From Balamuthia mandrillaris (Eukaryota), in NCBI GenBank assembly GCA_031835245.2, contig JAVKOQ020000028.1:248001-312000 (forward strand): 64,000 nucleotides of DNA, given 5' to 3'. The position numbers and the translations under genes are program-made. Shown here piece after piece: positions 26,175-38,608 of this stretch. The notes beneath the pieces were generated by a model. The model was not told where the DNA came from. It made no database searches and saw only the letters and a list, made by a program, of their open reading frames with translations. Position 1 is the first letter of the stretch. The number at the start of each line of letters is the position of its first letter.

Positions 26175-27417
26175 TGGTAGCAACAACTAACGAAACCCCA
26201 AAAAAAAAAGGTTTGACACAATAAAAGTACCAAACCCCTTTTCCCTCCCCGCAAAAAAAATATATAGTCGATGGGAGGGTCTCCACGCACGCAGGTGGCC
26301 TGCAAAAAGTTGCCTTCCCCCTCCTCCCTTTTTTTCTCCTGGCCAACGAGCACAACCACCAAACCAAGCGAAACGCACGAGAGGGGGGGGCTTTAAAAAA
26401 AAATGGTGGGTGGTCCCTCTCTCCTTTTTCTTCTTCGTTTTCTTTCTTTCTTTTCGTTGCTCTCTCTTGACTAATCTCTCGTCTAGGGTCTTATCTTTGG
26501 CCACTCATCTCACGTCCACTCTCCTATCTTTTGGGAGTCTCATGTCTACTCTCGGATTGTATGAGCAAATAGAGCGTTGTGACGACACGAAGCGCTATTC
26601 TGGCTTGCTCCACATCTGCTGCACATATTATCTTTTTTGTCGACAGAGGAAACCAAAGAGAAGAGAGAAGAGAGAAGAGAGAAGAGAAGAGAAAAGGGAG
26701 AAGGGAGAAGAAGAGAAGAAAGGAAGGGATGGGGATTGCGGAAGTCTGAACTTCAAAAGGTAGGGAGGGGTAGGTACGTACGCACGCCAAAAAGGAAAAG
26801 ACCTGGGGAAGGCGCTCAGAAGTGCTCTTGCTTCAAAGCAATGTAAGAGTCTCTTGTTTTTGCCCTTCTAAAGCAAAAAACAACGAGAGTAAGCAAAGAG
26901 CGCTGCTGGTCGCATTCCCCAAGTGTTGTTTGTAAGTAAGTTGGTAGTTTTGGTTGATGTAGTGGTTAGGGTTAGAATATTGGATTGTTTCTTTGGATAT
27001 GGTGGTTGATGTAAAAGTGGTAGTAGAAGTAGGGATAGGAGTAGAGTGGACGATAAGATTGGTTTGGTTTGGGTCAGCAGAAGGACAAAACTGTAGAAAG
27101 AGAACTGTATTTTCGTTCTCATCAACGTTTTTGTTTCCACCTGCTTCCTCAAGCTTTTTGTTTCGTTCGTCACTCTTCCATCTGTCGGCCGATCGAGGGT
27201 GCTCCATTTTTGTATTTTTTTTTTTTGTTTTTTGTTTTTTTGTTTTCGTCAAGTTCGGAGCATGTGCATTCGCTAGCGATGCATCGTTGGTCAGTCGCTT
27301 CCCCAAAGAAGTTTAGAGCTTGAAATAGTTGCGGTCAGTTTTGTCGTTTGAGTTAGCTATGAGGTCCGTCGTTCTGAACCTATAGGCTAGTTAAGTCGAC
27401 AGGTACTGGAACTATCG

Positions 27418-29193
27418 CTATTGCTCAAATTCGGAGATGTTACGACCAGCAAAGAGAGCTGTTGTTCTCGCATGAGCAAATGTTTCTTCTGGATCCAAAA
27501 AAGAGGAAGCAAAAGAAGGAGACGAATAACGTTCGCTGGAAGAAGATGGTGATGGTTCGGAAGAAGAGCTCAACGATGGTAACAGTGAGGAAGAAGGAGA
27601 AGATACTAATGAAGCAGAAGCTAGAAGATCGGAGAGGCCGTTGGTAGCGCTGTAGGAGGAAACAAAATGCGAAGGAGAAAAAGGTGGCGAAGATGAAGAA
27701 GAGGAAACTGGAGGAGGAGTGGTGAGGCCCTGAGAGCCAGCACCATCCTTGAACAAAAACAGCTTCCTCACGGGTCTTGGCTGTTGTTGGGAGACAGCAT
27801 CCAAGCGTTGAGGTTGGCTGGTTGAGTTGCGAGAGTCATTGTTGCCACCATCAGGCAGCTGATGGTGGTGAGTGAAGGAAGAAGAACGTTGTTTCTGTAC
27901 AAAGCTAGTAGTGGAGGTAGTGGTGTGGTGCTGAGGTGTCGGCAAGGCGGAGGGCATTGATGCCGCTGGAGGCGATCTCTTGCCGTGACGAGAGCTGTTG
28001 CTGCTGCCGTTCTTGGGAGTAGCAGGCATCGGTTGAGACTTGGCCCCATTTTGTGGTTGCTGTTGTGGTAGTTGGGAGGAAGAGGAGGAAGATGGGGCTC
28101 TCTCGCTCTCCTTCGCGTTCTCCAGCGAGAAGTAGTACTGCTCGCCCATGTAGGAGATATAGGCCAGGAACTCGTCCAGCACTGCTTGGATGAGATACTG
28201 CTGATCAGCATACTTGGATGGGTTGGCGATGGCTTCGGCCAGTTCTCCAATTACCGCTTCTATCACGTCCGCTTTAGTCTTTAGCGGCAGGAAAAAACCA
28301 CCTCCATTTTCACCAGAAGAAGAGTCGGACTCAGAGAAAGAAGAAGAGCCCGAGAGAGTCATGTAGGAGGGCATCCCGTCACGAAGCAAGAGCAGGTGAA
28401 GGTCCAAGCTGTCAAAGCAGCGGGCCAGATTCTTGTTGTTGATAACCGAACAGCGAAGGCGAGTGAGCAGGTGTGGCGACATAAAGCGGCGCGTCTGCAT
28501 GATGAAGAAGGAGATGCGCTCATAGAGTACAGAGTCTCCGTAGAACTCCAAGATCTCAAAATTGCTGCAGGCGTCAAACGGGGAAAAGGAGTGGCGTAGA
28601 ATCTGCATCCTCTGTAGCTTTTTCAGCTTTTCTATGAGGCTCTCTCTGCACCTTTCCATCGGCTCTTTCTTTTTCGTGCTCGCTATTGCGGAGGAGGAAG
28701 AAGAAGGAGAGCGAGAGGACGGCGTTGGAGGAGGAGACCTCTTTGATGGAACCGCTTTGAAGCCCGCGTTGCCTTTTGGTTGTTGTTGGTATTGTTGTTT
28801 GGGTGGTGAGAAGTGAGAGGCCTCCTTGGGAGGTTTGCTCTGCTGCGGTTCCTTTTGTTGTTTTACCGGGCAAAACTCGTGGTGGTAGCCGTTCAACGGG
28901 GTCGTCATCATGTCTGCAGCAGAAGCCTCCGAGGAGGGAGAGGACGCCAGCAGCTCCTGACAGGCACGAACGAAGCTAAGGGCATTTTGCTCGTTAAAAT
29001 CAAAGAGGTCGTCCTCCTCGCCAAGAGGGACTGTCAATTCGGGCAGAGGAGGGGAGCAGTCGGTGGTGGCTGGAGCAGCTGGCCGCAAGTTCTGCTTGTT
29101 GCTGGCACGTTTCGAGGCTCGATGAGCGGAAAAGTTGTTCTTCTGCAGAGCCAAGAAGTCTCGATATTGTTGTGGTTGTTGTTGTTGTAGCAT
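27418..29193 (-). CDS. Stand-alone single RNase III domain protein with long low-complexity termini
   Basis: 591-aa intronless ORF. RNase III signature NFEILEFYGDSVL, LTRLRCSVINNKNLA and KADVIEAVIG. No dsRBD, PAZ or helicase visible. Confidence 0.85.
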   Translation of the reverse strand: MLQQQQPQQYRDFLALQKNNFSAHRASKRASNKQNLRPAAPATTDCSPPLPELTVPLGEEDDLFDFNEQNALSFVRACQELLASSPSSEASAADMMTTPLNGYHHEFCPVKQQKEPQQSKPPKEASHFSPPKQQYQQQPKGNAGFKAVPSKRSPPPTPSSRSPSSSSSAIASTKKKEPMERCRESLIEKLKKLQRMQILRHSFSPFDACSNFEILEFYGDSVLYERISFFIMQTRRFMSPHLLTRLRCSVINNKNLARCFDSLDLHLLLLRDGMPSYMTLSGSSSFSESDSSSGENGGGFFLPLKTKADVIEAVIGELAEAIANPSKYADQQYLIQAVLDEFLAYISYMGEQYYFSLENAKESERAPSSSSSSQLPQQQPQNGAKSQPMPATPKNGSSNSSRHGKRSPPAASMPSALPTPQHHTTTSTTSFVQKQRSSSFTHHHQLPDGGNNDSRNSTSQPQRLDAVSQQQPRPVRKLFLFKDGAGSQGLTTPPPVSSSSSSPPFSPSHFVSSYSATNGLSDLLASASLVSSPSSSLLPSLSSSSEPSPSSSSERYSSPSFASSFLDPEETFAHARTTALFAGRNISEFEQ

Positions 29194-29872
29194 GGTCTCT
29201 AATTTGGTGGTCGTTGTTGATTTAGATACACATCAAGGGGTAAATAAAATAGCAGCTAATTGTGAAAAATACAGAAATCAGATTATTTTTTCCCCCTCCC
29301 AAAAAAAGAGAGCATTTGCGATGAGCGTTTGTGGTTGGCGAGAGAGAGAGGGGAGAGAAGCAGAAAAAGAATTCTTTAAAAAAAAAAAAGAGGAGAAGAG
29401 ATAGAAGAAGAAAAACAAGATGTGTACCCGTTGGGGGGTGTTCCAGCTGATCGGCAGCAGGAAGCTTTGGGGGGGGGAGGAAACTTTGGCACGTTTCGTA
29501 GTCGTAGTGGTGCTTTTCTTTCCGTCAAAAAAAAAAAAAGCAGAACAAAAAGTGGCGGAGAGACGAGAGAGCTCCATTGGCTTCCTTGCGTGCGGATAAA
29601 AACCGGGAATCAGGGTCCAGGACACTTTGGGTCCAAACACCGGAACGCGGGAGGAATTGGCGCGGCGTGCAAAGACTGTCCAAAAGGATGCCACCTTCCA
29701 CTGCGGTCTTTCCCTGGAGTCATGTTTTGCTCGTGCTCGCTTCTACCCCTCCCCCCCTCCTCATTGAGAGAAAAAAATACAACGAGAAAAAAACAGGAAA
29801 TTTAAGAGAAAGTATTACACAAAACAAAAACGGGTTGGCGCACCACGTCGACATGGTTGCCGCTGCCAGGGC

Positions 29873-30538
29873 TCAGTAGAATCCGCGGCGGGAGAGGCTC
29901 TCGCTGGGGAAGTGCTCGTTCAGCTCCTCCCTGACCGATATCTGTCGCTTGGAGAAGGCGTTGATGAGCTTGGTGGTGCGCGCCGCCACGTGCCTCAGGA
30001 TGCACCGGCAGGTCTCCGCCTCCAGCTGCTCGTAGTTGGGGTGCACGCGCTCCTGCACGTTGCCGCTGGCCCACTCGGCCTGCTCGTTCAGCAGCTCCTT
30101 CAGCCCGTACTTCTGGGCCATGCAGAGGAGCTCCCAGGAGGGCGGCAGCGCCAGGAGGAAGAGCTCGCACTCCCTCTTGAGCTTGTGGGGCAGGTCGTAC
30201 TTGTCGGCAAAGTGGAGGAAGGCGGACACGTTCCTGGTGGTCAGCTCCACGTGGGAGAATGGGTAGAAGAAGGAGAGCAGTTGCCCAAAGTAAGGGGCGT
30301 GCGGGTCTTCTTCTTGCAGGCGCAGTTCGGCCTCTCGTGACTCCTTCATGCCGTTGGTGAGCATCTGTTGGAAGACGGGAGAGATCATGGAGAGCACGAA
30401 GCGATGAACGTGGTACTTGTAGGCGTCGTTGACGATGACCTGGAGGTCCCCGTAGGTGGGGTCATCGAAGCAGGGGTCGTGAGGAGCGGCGGCGCTGCTG
30501 CCGGTGGTCTCCACCACGATGTTGTCGTTTTCGCTCAT
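29873..30538 (-). CDS. BTB/POZ domain protein
   Basis: 221-aa intronless, GC-rich ORF with GDLQVIVN..YHVHRFVLSMISPVFQQML..MKES..FGQLLSFFY..FADKYDL. Confidence 0.9.
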   Translation of the reverse strand: MSENDNIVVETTGSSAAAPHDPCFDDPTYGDLQVIVNDAYKYHVHRFVLSMISPVFQQMLTNGMKESREAELRLQEEDPHAPYFGQLLSFFYPFSHVELTTRNVSAFLHFADKYDLPHKLKRECELFLLALPPSWELLCMAQKYGLKELLNEQAEWASGNVQERVHPNYEQLEAETCRCILRHVAARTTKLINAFSKRQISVREELNEHFPSESLSRRGFY

Positions 30539-30833
30539 TTGTTTGTTGTTGAGAGGGGTGTGGGGGGGTGAGACGTGGGCAAAGGTTCAAGTAGATGAAT
30601 GAACGAACGAACGAGCAGGGAGGAGAATTGTATCACCGGGGAGGTGAGAAGAGAGGAGGTCAAGTCGGTGGCAACTCCAAGGCAAATCCATTGCATGTTG
30701 TTGTTTCGACTGGGGAAGAACAGAAGAGAGACTCAGAGAGAGAGACGACGAGAGGAGGTAGGAACAGGGGCAGAGAGGGAGAGAAGAGTATAAAGAGAGT
30801 AAAAAGTACAAGTCTATTGCGTTAAATAAAAGC

Positions 30834-30873
<40 letters not shown>

Positions 30874-30886
30874 AGGTAAAGGATAA

Positions 30887-33800
30887 TCACTGTTGTTCAC
30901 TTGGGTTGGTTTCAGTATCTGTGGCACTGCTTGGCAAGGAAGGCGGCACAGAGGCATGAGAAGGCTGCTGAACAAAGGAGCCGGGTACTCCTCTTCCTCC
31001 TCCCCTCGCTGGCACAGCTGGTGGTCGACCTCTGCCTCCGATTGGGGGTGGACCTCCTGCACCACGACCTCTGCCTCCAGTGGGCACTGGACCAGCCGGC
31101 AACGGGGGTGGTGGTCGTCCCGGAATGGTGCTTCCTCCACCAAGGCCTCCTATTCCAGCACTAGGAGAGATGGAGACAGGCCGTCGTCCTGTGGCAGGGG
31201 GGACAGCAGGAAGTGGCATTGCTGGAGGAAGGCGAGAAGGTCGAGCGGGACCACCGCTGGTTGGAGCAGAAGAAGCAGGGGAAGGAGTGGAAGAAGAAGC
31301 ATTTTTAGAGGCTAAGACAATGTCAAAAGGCATGCTGTATCGGAACGGTGCAGCGGATCCAGAAAGAGGAGAAGGAGTGTTGCCTCTACCTCCTGAAGAA
31401 GAAGCAGCAGCATGGGGGAAGAGGTCATGGCAACGGGTGATCATTGTCCTCATCATGCTGCCCGCCTGAGCAGAGTAGGTCAGCTCCACAAGGGCCTGCT
31501 TTGATTTGAACATGTTGGGAGCGAAGACGATGGCCAGGTTGCTGGGCGCCATTTTGGTCTGCTCCGAGTGAGTGGAGATATCATGGAGGAAGAAGAGAAG
31601 GTGACTGAGGAACTTTTGGTTGGCTTCGGGCAGCCGCTCAATGAGCGCTTTGGTCACGGAGAGGTCCTCTCCGACCGCTTGGATGAAGCTCTCATAGAGC
31701 TCGTAGGAGAGCAAGGGAGGCTCCATCTCGCGAAGGAAGGATTTGAGCACGCCCGTGACGGCATGAACGTCGTTGGTGATGTCTGTAAGTTTGGGGTAAG
31801 GCTCTCCTTCAGCGGCTGCTCCCTCGAAGGACTCTTTGATGTAAGCCACGTCCAAGGAGTCACCCGATACTCGGAATATTCCCTCCACATCCGTTCCTGT
31901 TGTGTTTGTGATTTCAGCGATGTTATTTAGTCCAAATCTGTGCTGATTACTTTTGAAGGGAGGAACAACACGTACCGTACTGCTTGATATATTCAACACA
32001 CTGCTGTACAATGAGAGGCACGCCAAGCTCTTCCTGGCCCTCTCTCTTCAATAACTCCTCCAACGGTACTCCAAAGATGAAACGCTTCGTCTCCGCCGCC
32101 GGGTCTGCTGACGCCGCCGCGAGCTTCACCGCTCCTCCTTTTTCCACCAATGCCTTAATCCAGCTCTTCACCTCGTCCTCTTCCGGATGAAAGAGAACGT
32201 AGTTCTTGTGCTTGACGGAGACGTCCTCCGCAAAGATGGTCAGCGAGTACTTGCCTTTGATCTTTTGGCTGCTGCGTTGCACTTTACAACGTTCCACGGT
32301 AACGGAGCCGGCAGAGGCGTCTGTGTGTGGTTGTGCTGCTTCGGAGGCAGAGGGAGGGGCTTTGTACCAAGATAGGGTTTTGTTGCGAAGCATGAACCAG
32401 CGTTTTCTGCCTTTCTTTTCCAGCCAACCACTTTTATCCACACCCTATGTTTATTGGGGCAAAGAAGACAGGGTCAGAAGAGAACGAAGAGGAGAAGCAT
32501 AAAGAGAAGAAAACAAACCTCCAAGCTCATTTCACCCATCGTGCTTTGCAACTCAGAGCTTTCAATGCTACCAGAATGCCGATAACTTCGTGTGGCAAAG
32601 GTTTTCGAATCAGCTGTAGCCCCATTCTTTATAGCAACCGATATCCATTCTACGTAAGGTCATGATAGAAATAGAGAATCAGGACACAAAATGTCTGAAC
32701 AAAATTCCTAAACAGGAGAGAGAGCAGAGAGCGAGAGAGCAGAGAGGAGAGAGCAGAGAGAGAGAGCAGAGAGCAGAGAGCAGAGAGCAGAGAGCAGAGA
32801 GGAGAGAGCAGAGAGCAGAGAGCAGAGAGCAGAGAGCAGAGAGCAGAGAGCAGAGAGCAGAGAGCAGAGAGCAGAGAGCAGAGAGCAGAGAGCAGAGAAC
32901 GAACCTTCCATTTCTTCAGCAGAGTTAGCAATCAATACATATTCCGTTTTCTTCTTGTGGCGTGAAGTAGGTGATGGCAGTTGAGAACCTGGTAAAGAAG
33001 ATGGAGGGGAACTGGAGGTAGGGCTGCCAAACTCGTTGCCAGAGGAGGACAGCTGGTCATCCGCGCTTGCTTTTTTGCAAAGCATGAAGGCAAAGCCTCC
33101 TTCGCTGGCTCGGTTGGCCGACTTGCTGATGGAGCACTCCGAGAGGATAAGAAAGCCTTTGGCGGTCTTGCCGCTTTGTTCTTGCTTGGGCTGCACGAAC
33201 CAGCTGAGCACGCCGTCCTTCAAAACAAAGTACCTCTTCTTACCCTTCTTCCGCAACCATCCTGCCTTCTCGCTAGTAGATGTTGTGGGCAGGCTTTCCT
33301 CATTCGTGGTTGCATCAAATCCGGAGGAAGAAGAAGTTAAAGGAGGAGAGGGCGCGCCAGTACTCTTCAGGATTTTGGAAGGATAGGACACTGCAGGAGT
33401 GGTAGGAGGTTTGATGCTGCTTCCTGATATAAGGCTTTCACTTTCTGCGTTTTCGGTTGTAGCATTCTCGTCTTTGTTGTTGGTATCTTCCTGTTTGTTA
33501 ATTTTGCAGAGGGTTTCTCTGGTTGCTCTGGAATGGGGAGATAGACCTCGGCTATCAGCTCGTTCTTTGTTTCCTTCTGTCCCCCCTAGGGAGGGTTCTT
33601 CATTGTTGTTATGGTGGTTGATGGAAGACTTTCGACTATCTGCCAAAGCCACGGTGGAAGAGCGTGATAGAGGAGAGGCAGACGTGGAGATTGTGCCGCT
33701 ATTTGTAGGAGAAGCAGCAATAGCAGAAGCAAGAGCAGTAGAGATTGTGGAGCTATCAACAGAAGATGACAAAGAGGATAGACCAGAAGCAGGCGGGGAT

Positions 33801-36800
33801 GAGGAGGAAGAGGAAGAGGTATCTTGTTCTACCTCTACGTGTGCAGTGGCATCGCTGTTGGCTTTGGAACGAGAGGGACTCTCTGGTGTATCCGAAGGTT
33901 TTCTTGCTGGCTGGAACTGGCGAACAAAAGTTCCTTTCGGAGAAGGAGCCGATGCAGCTACAGGATTGATGTTGCTGCTTCCATCCCCGCTGACGCTGTT
34001 GAAGCTTTGACTGCGGTCACCGCTCTTTAGCATAACGCTTCCACTACCACGCATGGGAATAGCAGCTGATGTTTGTGATTGCTGTGGCTGTGGTTGTTGA
34101 GCCGAAGTGCCAGTAGTGGTAGCAGTAGAAGTAGAAAGCGAAGGAGTTTCTCCGGTGAGAGATTTGCAACCGTTCTTCATGAGCGCGCGCATCCACTCAT
34201 CCCTTTCCTGTTGGGTAGCAGCATGCAAGATGTAGTCCTTTCTCCGACCAACGGTAGGAGCCACCACGAAGGGAAAGGCCTGAGGAGTCCTTGGCAATGG
34301 AGCCACAGAACAGTTTTGCGAATCGGGTAAACGTCCCACCCCACAACGCTAAAAGTCCCACCCCTTCGGTAAACGTCCCACCCCTCAGGTAATTTACCCA
34401 CCCTAATATGTATTTATAACAACCTATTATTTTTGTGCTATTTTGCCACCAAAGCGTGCGCTGGCCATTATTTTAGAGAGTGGAGAAAAGGGATCAGAAA
34501 AATCAAAAATTTATTTTTTAGGGGGCTTTTTTTTTTCGTTTTGTTCTTTTGGCCAGTCTTTTCTTTGTCACGCTGGGCACCTTTTCTTCGTTCTGTTCTT
34601 TTTTTTTGAGGAGAGAGGAGCTTCACGACCTGTGTTTTCTGGTACCGTGGGTTGGGCTTCAGTTGTCGTTTTGGAGAGAGAGGCTTCCTTTTGTCCACTC
34701 GGGGATCCTGGTAGTTCACCACGGGTGCGACGCCATAGATCTCTTCCGTTTTACAGTTCTTTTGCCATTGAGAGGTACGCTTTGCTTTGCACTCTTCAAA
34801 AATGACAAAAATCAACTTCAGAAAAAGAATCTGCTTGATACAAAAAGTGACAAACATACCACTTTGCGTTTTTGTTTTTTGATTTTGTTGTTTTTTTGGT
34901 GCAGCCGCCGCCACCGCCGCTGCCTTTTTCTTTGTTGTTTCAGGTTTTGTTAATTTTGATTGAAAGGTACGTTCGGTTTCTGGTGTTTGTGTGAGGTGTT
35001 AGCTAAAAGTAGGAAAGGAGGGAGAGATTTTGTTTAAAAAAAAGAGATACTAACTTAATTCAAGCAAACATTCTTCTGTGAGTCGCAGGTTGGTTGCTAC
35101 TTTCGGCCGCTTTGTTGTATTGCGCGGCCTCCCAGGTGATGACTTCCCTGTAGCATATGCGATTGCTTGTTCTGCTTCTTCCTTGCTAGAGTACTCGATT
35201 TTTGGCTCCACTGGATGTTGATGCTTTGTTCCTTGATTTTTGTTTGCATTCAGTTTGTCTTTCTCCTTTTCCTTCTCCTCCTCCTCCTTCTCCTCCTTCT
35301 CCTCCTTCTCTTCTTTCTTATTGTTGTGTTCTTCTCCTTCAGAAGTTTCTTCCTCAAGATCTCCGCCGTCGTCCTCACCAAGTTCATCCATTGATGGCTC
35401 CTCCAACAGTAGCAGCGCCTGCTGTTCCTCGTCCTGTTCATCTCCCTCCTCTCCTTCCACATCTTCATCATCAAGGGTAACAGGCGCTACACGTTGCTCC
35501 AGGGAGTCAGTATCATCTGCTTCAACGATGTCATCTTCAACTATTCTTGCCACTTGTGAGGTGCTGCTGTTGGTGCGTCTTGTTTGTCTTTTCAGCCCAA
35601 GCTCTAAAAGGTTCTGATCTGAAAATGTTTTCTGTAGATGAGCAGCAAGTCCAAAAACGTGTTTGCACCTCCTACCATAATACCGAAAGTAAGGACAGGT
35701 GCATGAAGGCAATTCTATAGTCACGGCGTACTCATTCCATTTGAAAACGCCGTCAGCAAGCTCTACAAAATGTGCGTTCAATCCTTCTTCTACCTCTTTT
35801 TCCTCTCTGTCGTTGTTGTTGTCATCGTTTTTGCTGCCATTCTCTATTTCTTCTTTTTCTTTCTGTTTCTCACTCTGTTGGTGCTGTGCCAGCCGCAATC
35901 CCTCTTGATATCTCCTCCAAAGCCGGCAAACACCAAGGCGTGGGCGTTGCTGTAGTACATCGATGCGGTTGAGCTCCACATTGTAGCGGCGAAACACATT
36001 GTCTGCTAGCGTTAAGACCAAGTTGTGATCCCCTTTGGTGCCTTTGCAGTGGAAATCACGAAGAATGCTACGAAAGATCGTCTCTGTTGCATTGTTGGTA
36101 TTCCACAAGCCCTCTCGGTACCCAGGACGATCAATGCTTTTCCACGTTGATGCCCATGGAGGAGAAAGCCAGTTCTTGTCAAAGTACTGCCAAAAACGGG
36201 TAATCCTCTTTTTTTGGCAATAGTTCTTCAACACTTTTGTTGCTTCTTCCTCTGCATCTTCTGTCATGGCATGTTGCAGTCTTTTTAACAAACCCAATAC
36301 ACTTCCATCATCCTTCCCTTGTTGTTTGGTATTATTGTTAGTTTCTACTTGTATGAGCAACAACGAGAGGGAGAGAGCAGATGCATGAAAGAGAGAGAAC
36401 AAACCATACTGCGCAACTTTTTTCTCCACAGTTGTTGTGCATGAAAGTCACACAACACCACCTGAAAGCCAGCACTTGTCGCCCCGTTACGCTCCACCTT
36501 GTCTTTGTCGATCATTACGAAGGGTTGCCACGTAGGTTTTGGGGAGTAGATCGTTGTCGTCTGTGTCTCAAAAAAGTGACGAACAGACGAAAGGAAAAAG
36601 CGCACAACTGCTGCTCGTTCCTTGCTAGCAACAGCGAAGGCAACAGGCCAGCTCCGTCCCAAGTCATCTTGCACCACCAGTGCCCAAACGGGGGGATGTG
36701 ACTTGGATAGCTTGTAGATGCTGTCCAGGCCGACTACATCCTTACCCCATCGCTGAAGCACAGTGACTGCATAAGGCGCGATCAGAAAAATCATCCATGG

Positions 36801-38569
36801 CCGACGGGCCGCCGTGCGATCAAGGATGTACGTTTCACGGCTCTCCAAAGGTGGGAAAAGGATAGTAGAAGCCAGTTCTGGCCGATTCAAGGCCTCTTGG
36901 AGGGCTTCTGCTCTGGTTTGCCCTTTCTTGCCGATTCGCAGTTTTTTCCTTCCGTTGTGGATTACAGTGGCAATCTCCTGCACAGTGGGTTCATCCCGAG
37001 CATCCTTGACCAGCTCACAAGCGCCCCCCAGCAACATTCGTTGCAGCTCGTGCGCCGTCATTGCTCCTCCTCTCCCATTCATTCCGTCTTCTTTTGTTCC
37101 TTGCCCATCCATCTGGCGGAGCCACTGCCGAAGCGCAGGTGGCATAGGCAAAGCGGAAGGCGCGCAAAACCCAGGTCCGTGGCTTTGGGCTTCCTTCTGG
37201 ATGTAGATGTAGGCAGTGTTTAGCTCATCTCTAAACACCACCCAACGGCTTTGTACTTCACAGTCCTTTAGTTTTTTGTTCTTCTTTCCTCTTGCAGGAG
37301 GAGCACAGGCAAAGCCGCCAGAGCAGTGAAGATTCTCGCTGAGTGCAACCTCAAGGACCCCATTCTTCACCTTCTTGACTTTAGGCGCCACCAACACTTT
37401 CACTCCTTCAAGGGTGGTCCGCGGATTACTAAGCACCTTCACTCCTGTTCGCTTTGTAAGCCCACGAGTTGATCTCCATTGGACTCGATAAAAGGTCGGA
37501 GCATCCTCTCCACCATTGTACAACCGTGAAAGCTGCTGCAATGGAACCTTTCGTTCAAAAATCCACCCGTAAATCTCGGCAAATCTTTTTTTCTTCGCTT
37601 CCATAATGAGAAAAAAAAAAAAGGAAAAAACAAAAAGCCAAACAAACAAAAAAGGTGTGTGATGGTTGTGTGTAGCTGTTTCTAGTTGAAAGAAAAAAGT
37701 TAAAGAAGAAGACCTTGTTACAACCCAAGAAAAAGTAACGGTAACGTTATTGAAAAAAAAAAGGCGGGAACAAAAAGAAAAGTATGGCGGGCAAGAATGG
37801 TGAGAGGAATAACCGTTGACCAAGGATACAGCATGCTTTCAATTCCTGACAGTTTCTTTTACAACGGTTATTCCTCTCGCCAAGCAAAGAGAAACACAGT
37901 AGCAATGTAACGATAGAGTTACTCATAATTCATGTCACCCTAATAGGTTGGGACTTTTACCTGAGGGGTGGAATTTTTATCGGTGGGGTGGGAAGTTTAT
38001 GGTCGTGGGGTGGGATATCTACCATTTTTAGGGAGAGAGTACCATTGGGTGTATCATGCTCCGTTTTGGCCACTTTGCTGTACCAACAGAGCTTTCCATC
38101 TTTCACCATGAACCATCGTTTCTGTCCTTTCTTCTCCAAAAAGCCAGTCTTCTCACCCCCTTCTCTCTGTTGGTCTTGCAGGCGGGCGATAACGGTGTTG
38201 ATGGCTTCAATCCAGGAAGAGCACTCCGAGGCTCCGCCGGGAGCAAAGAGCTCGAAACGGCGCCCGTCCTCGGGGAGCACAAGGAAGGAGTTGGGTTTAG
38301 AACCTGCTTTGCATACTGCTCCTTGTAATGCTATTCCTCCTTTTGCTTTCTGTGTTGTTTTTGTAGGGAAAAATATTTGTACCTGCATATGTTCCTTTGA
38401 AATGAACAAAGAAGAGAAGGAAACATACTGTAGCATCGTTGCCAGACTTGGCAAAGTACACCAAACTATCGTCGTTGAGGACGAAAATGCGATTTGCTCC
38501 TTTCTTTTGTAATGTTCCTCTTTTCCCTTGCTGTAATCAATGTTGATAAACACAACTACCGAGACATAG

Positions 38570-38608
<39 letters not shown>

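Larger units (their letters stand above)
34326..38023 (-). mobile_element. MULE/Mutator-like DNA transposon (~3.7 kb) with imperfect ~82-bp TIRs
   Basis: Inverted termini ggtaaacgtcccacccc... and ...ggggtgggatatctacc enclose a MULE transposase and split the host PH domain between NGTLSL and QNCSVAP. No exact TSD found. Confidence 0.88.

Noticed and set aside
26524..27306. Possible small spliced gene on the minus strand (MEHPRSADRWKS...)
   Set aside because: No recognisable domain and no consistent exon chain could be built.
34326..34407. CRISPR-like periodic ~20-nt repeats
   Set aside because: No unique spacers of CRISPR length, eukaryotic context, and they are explained as TIR subrepeats.
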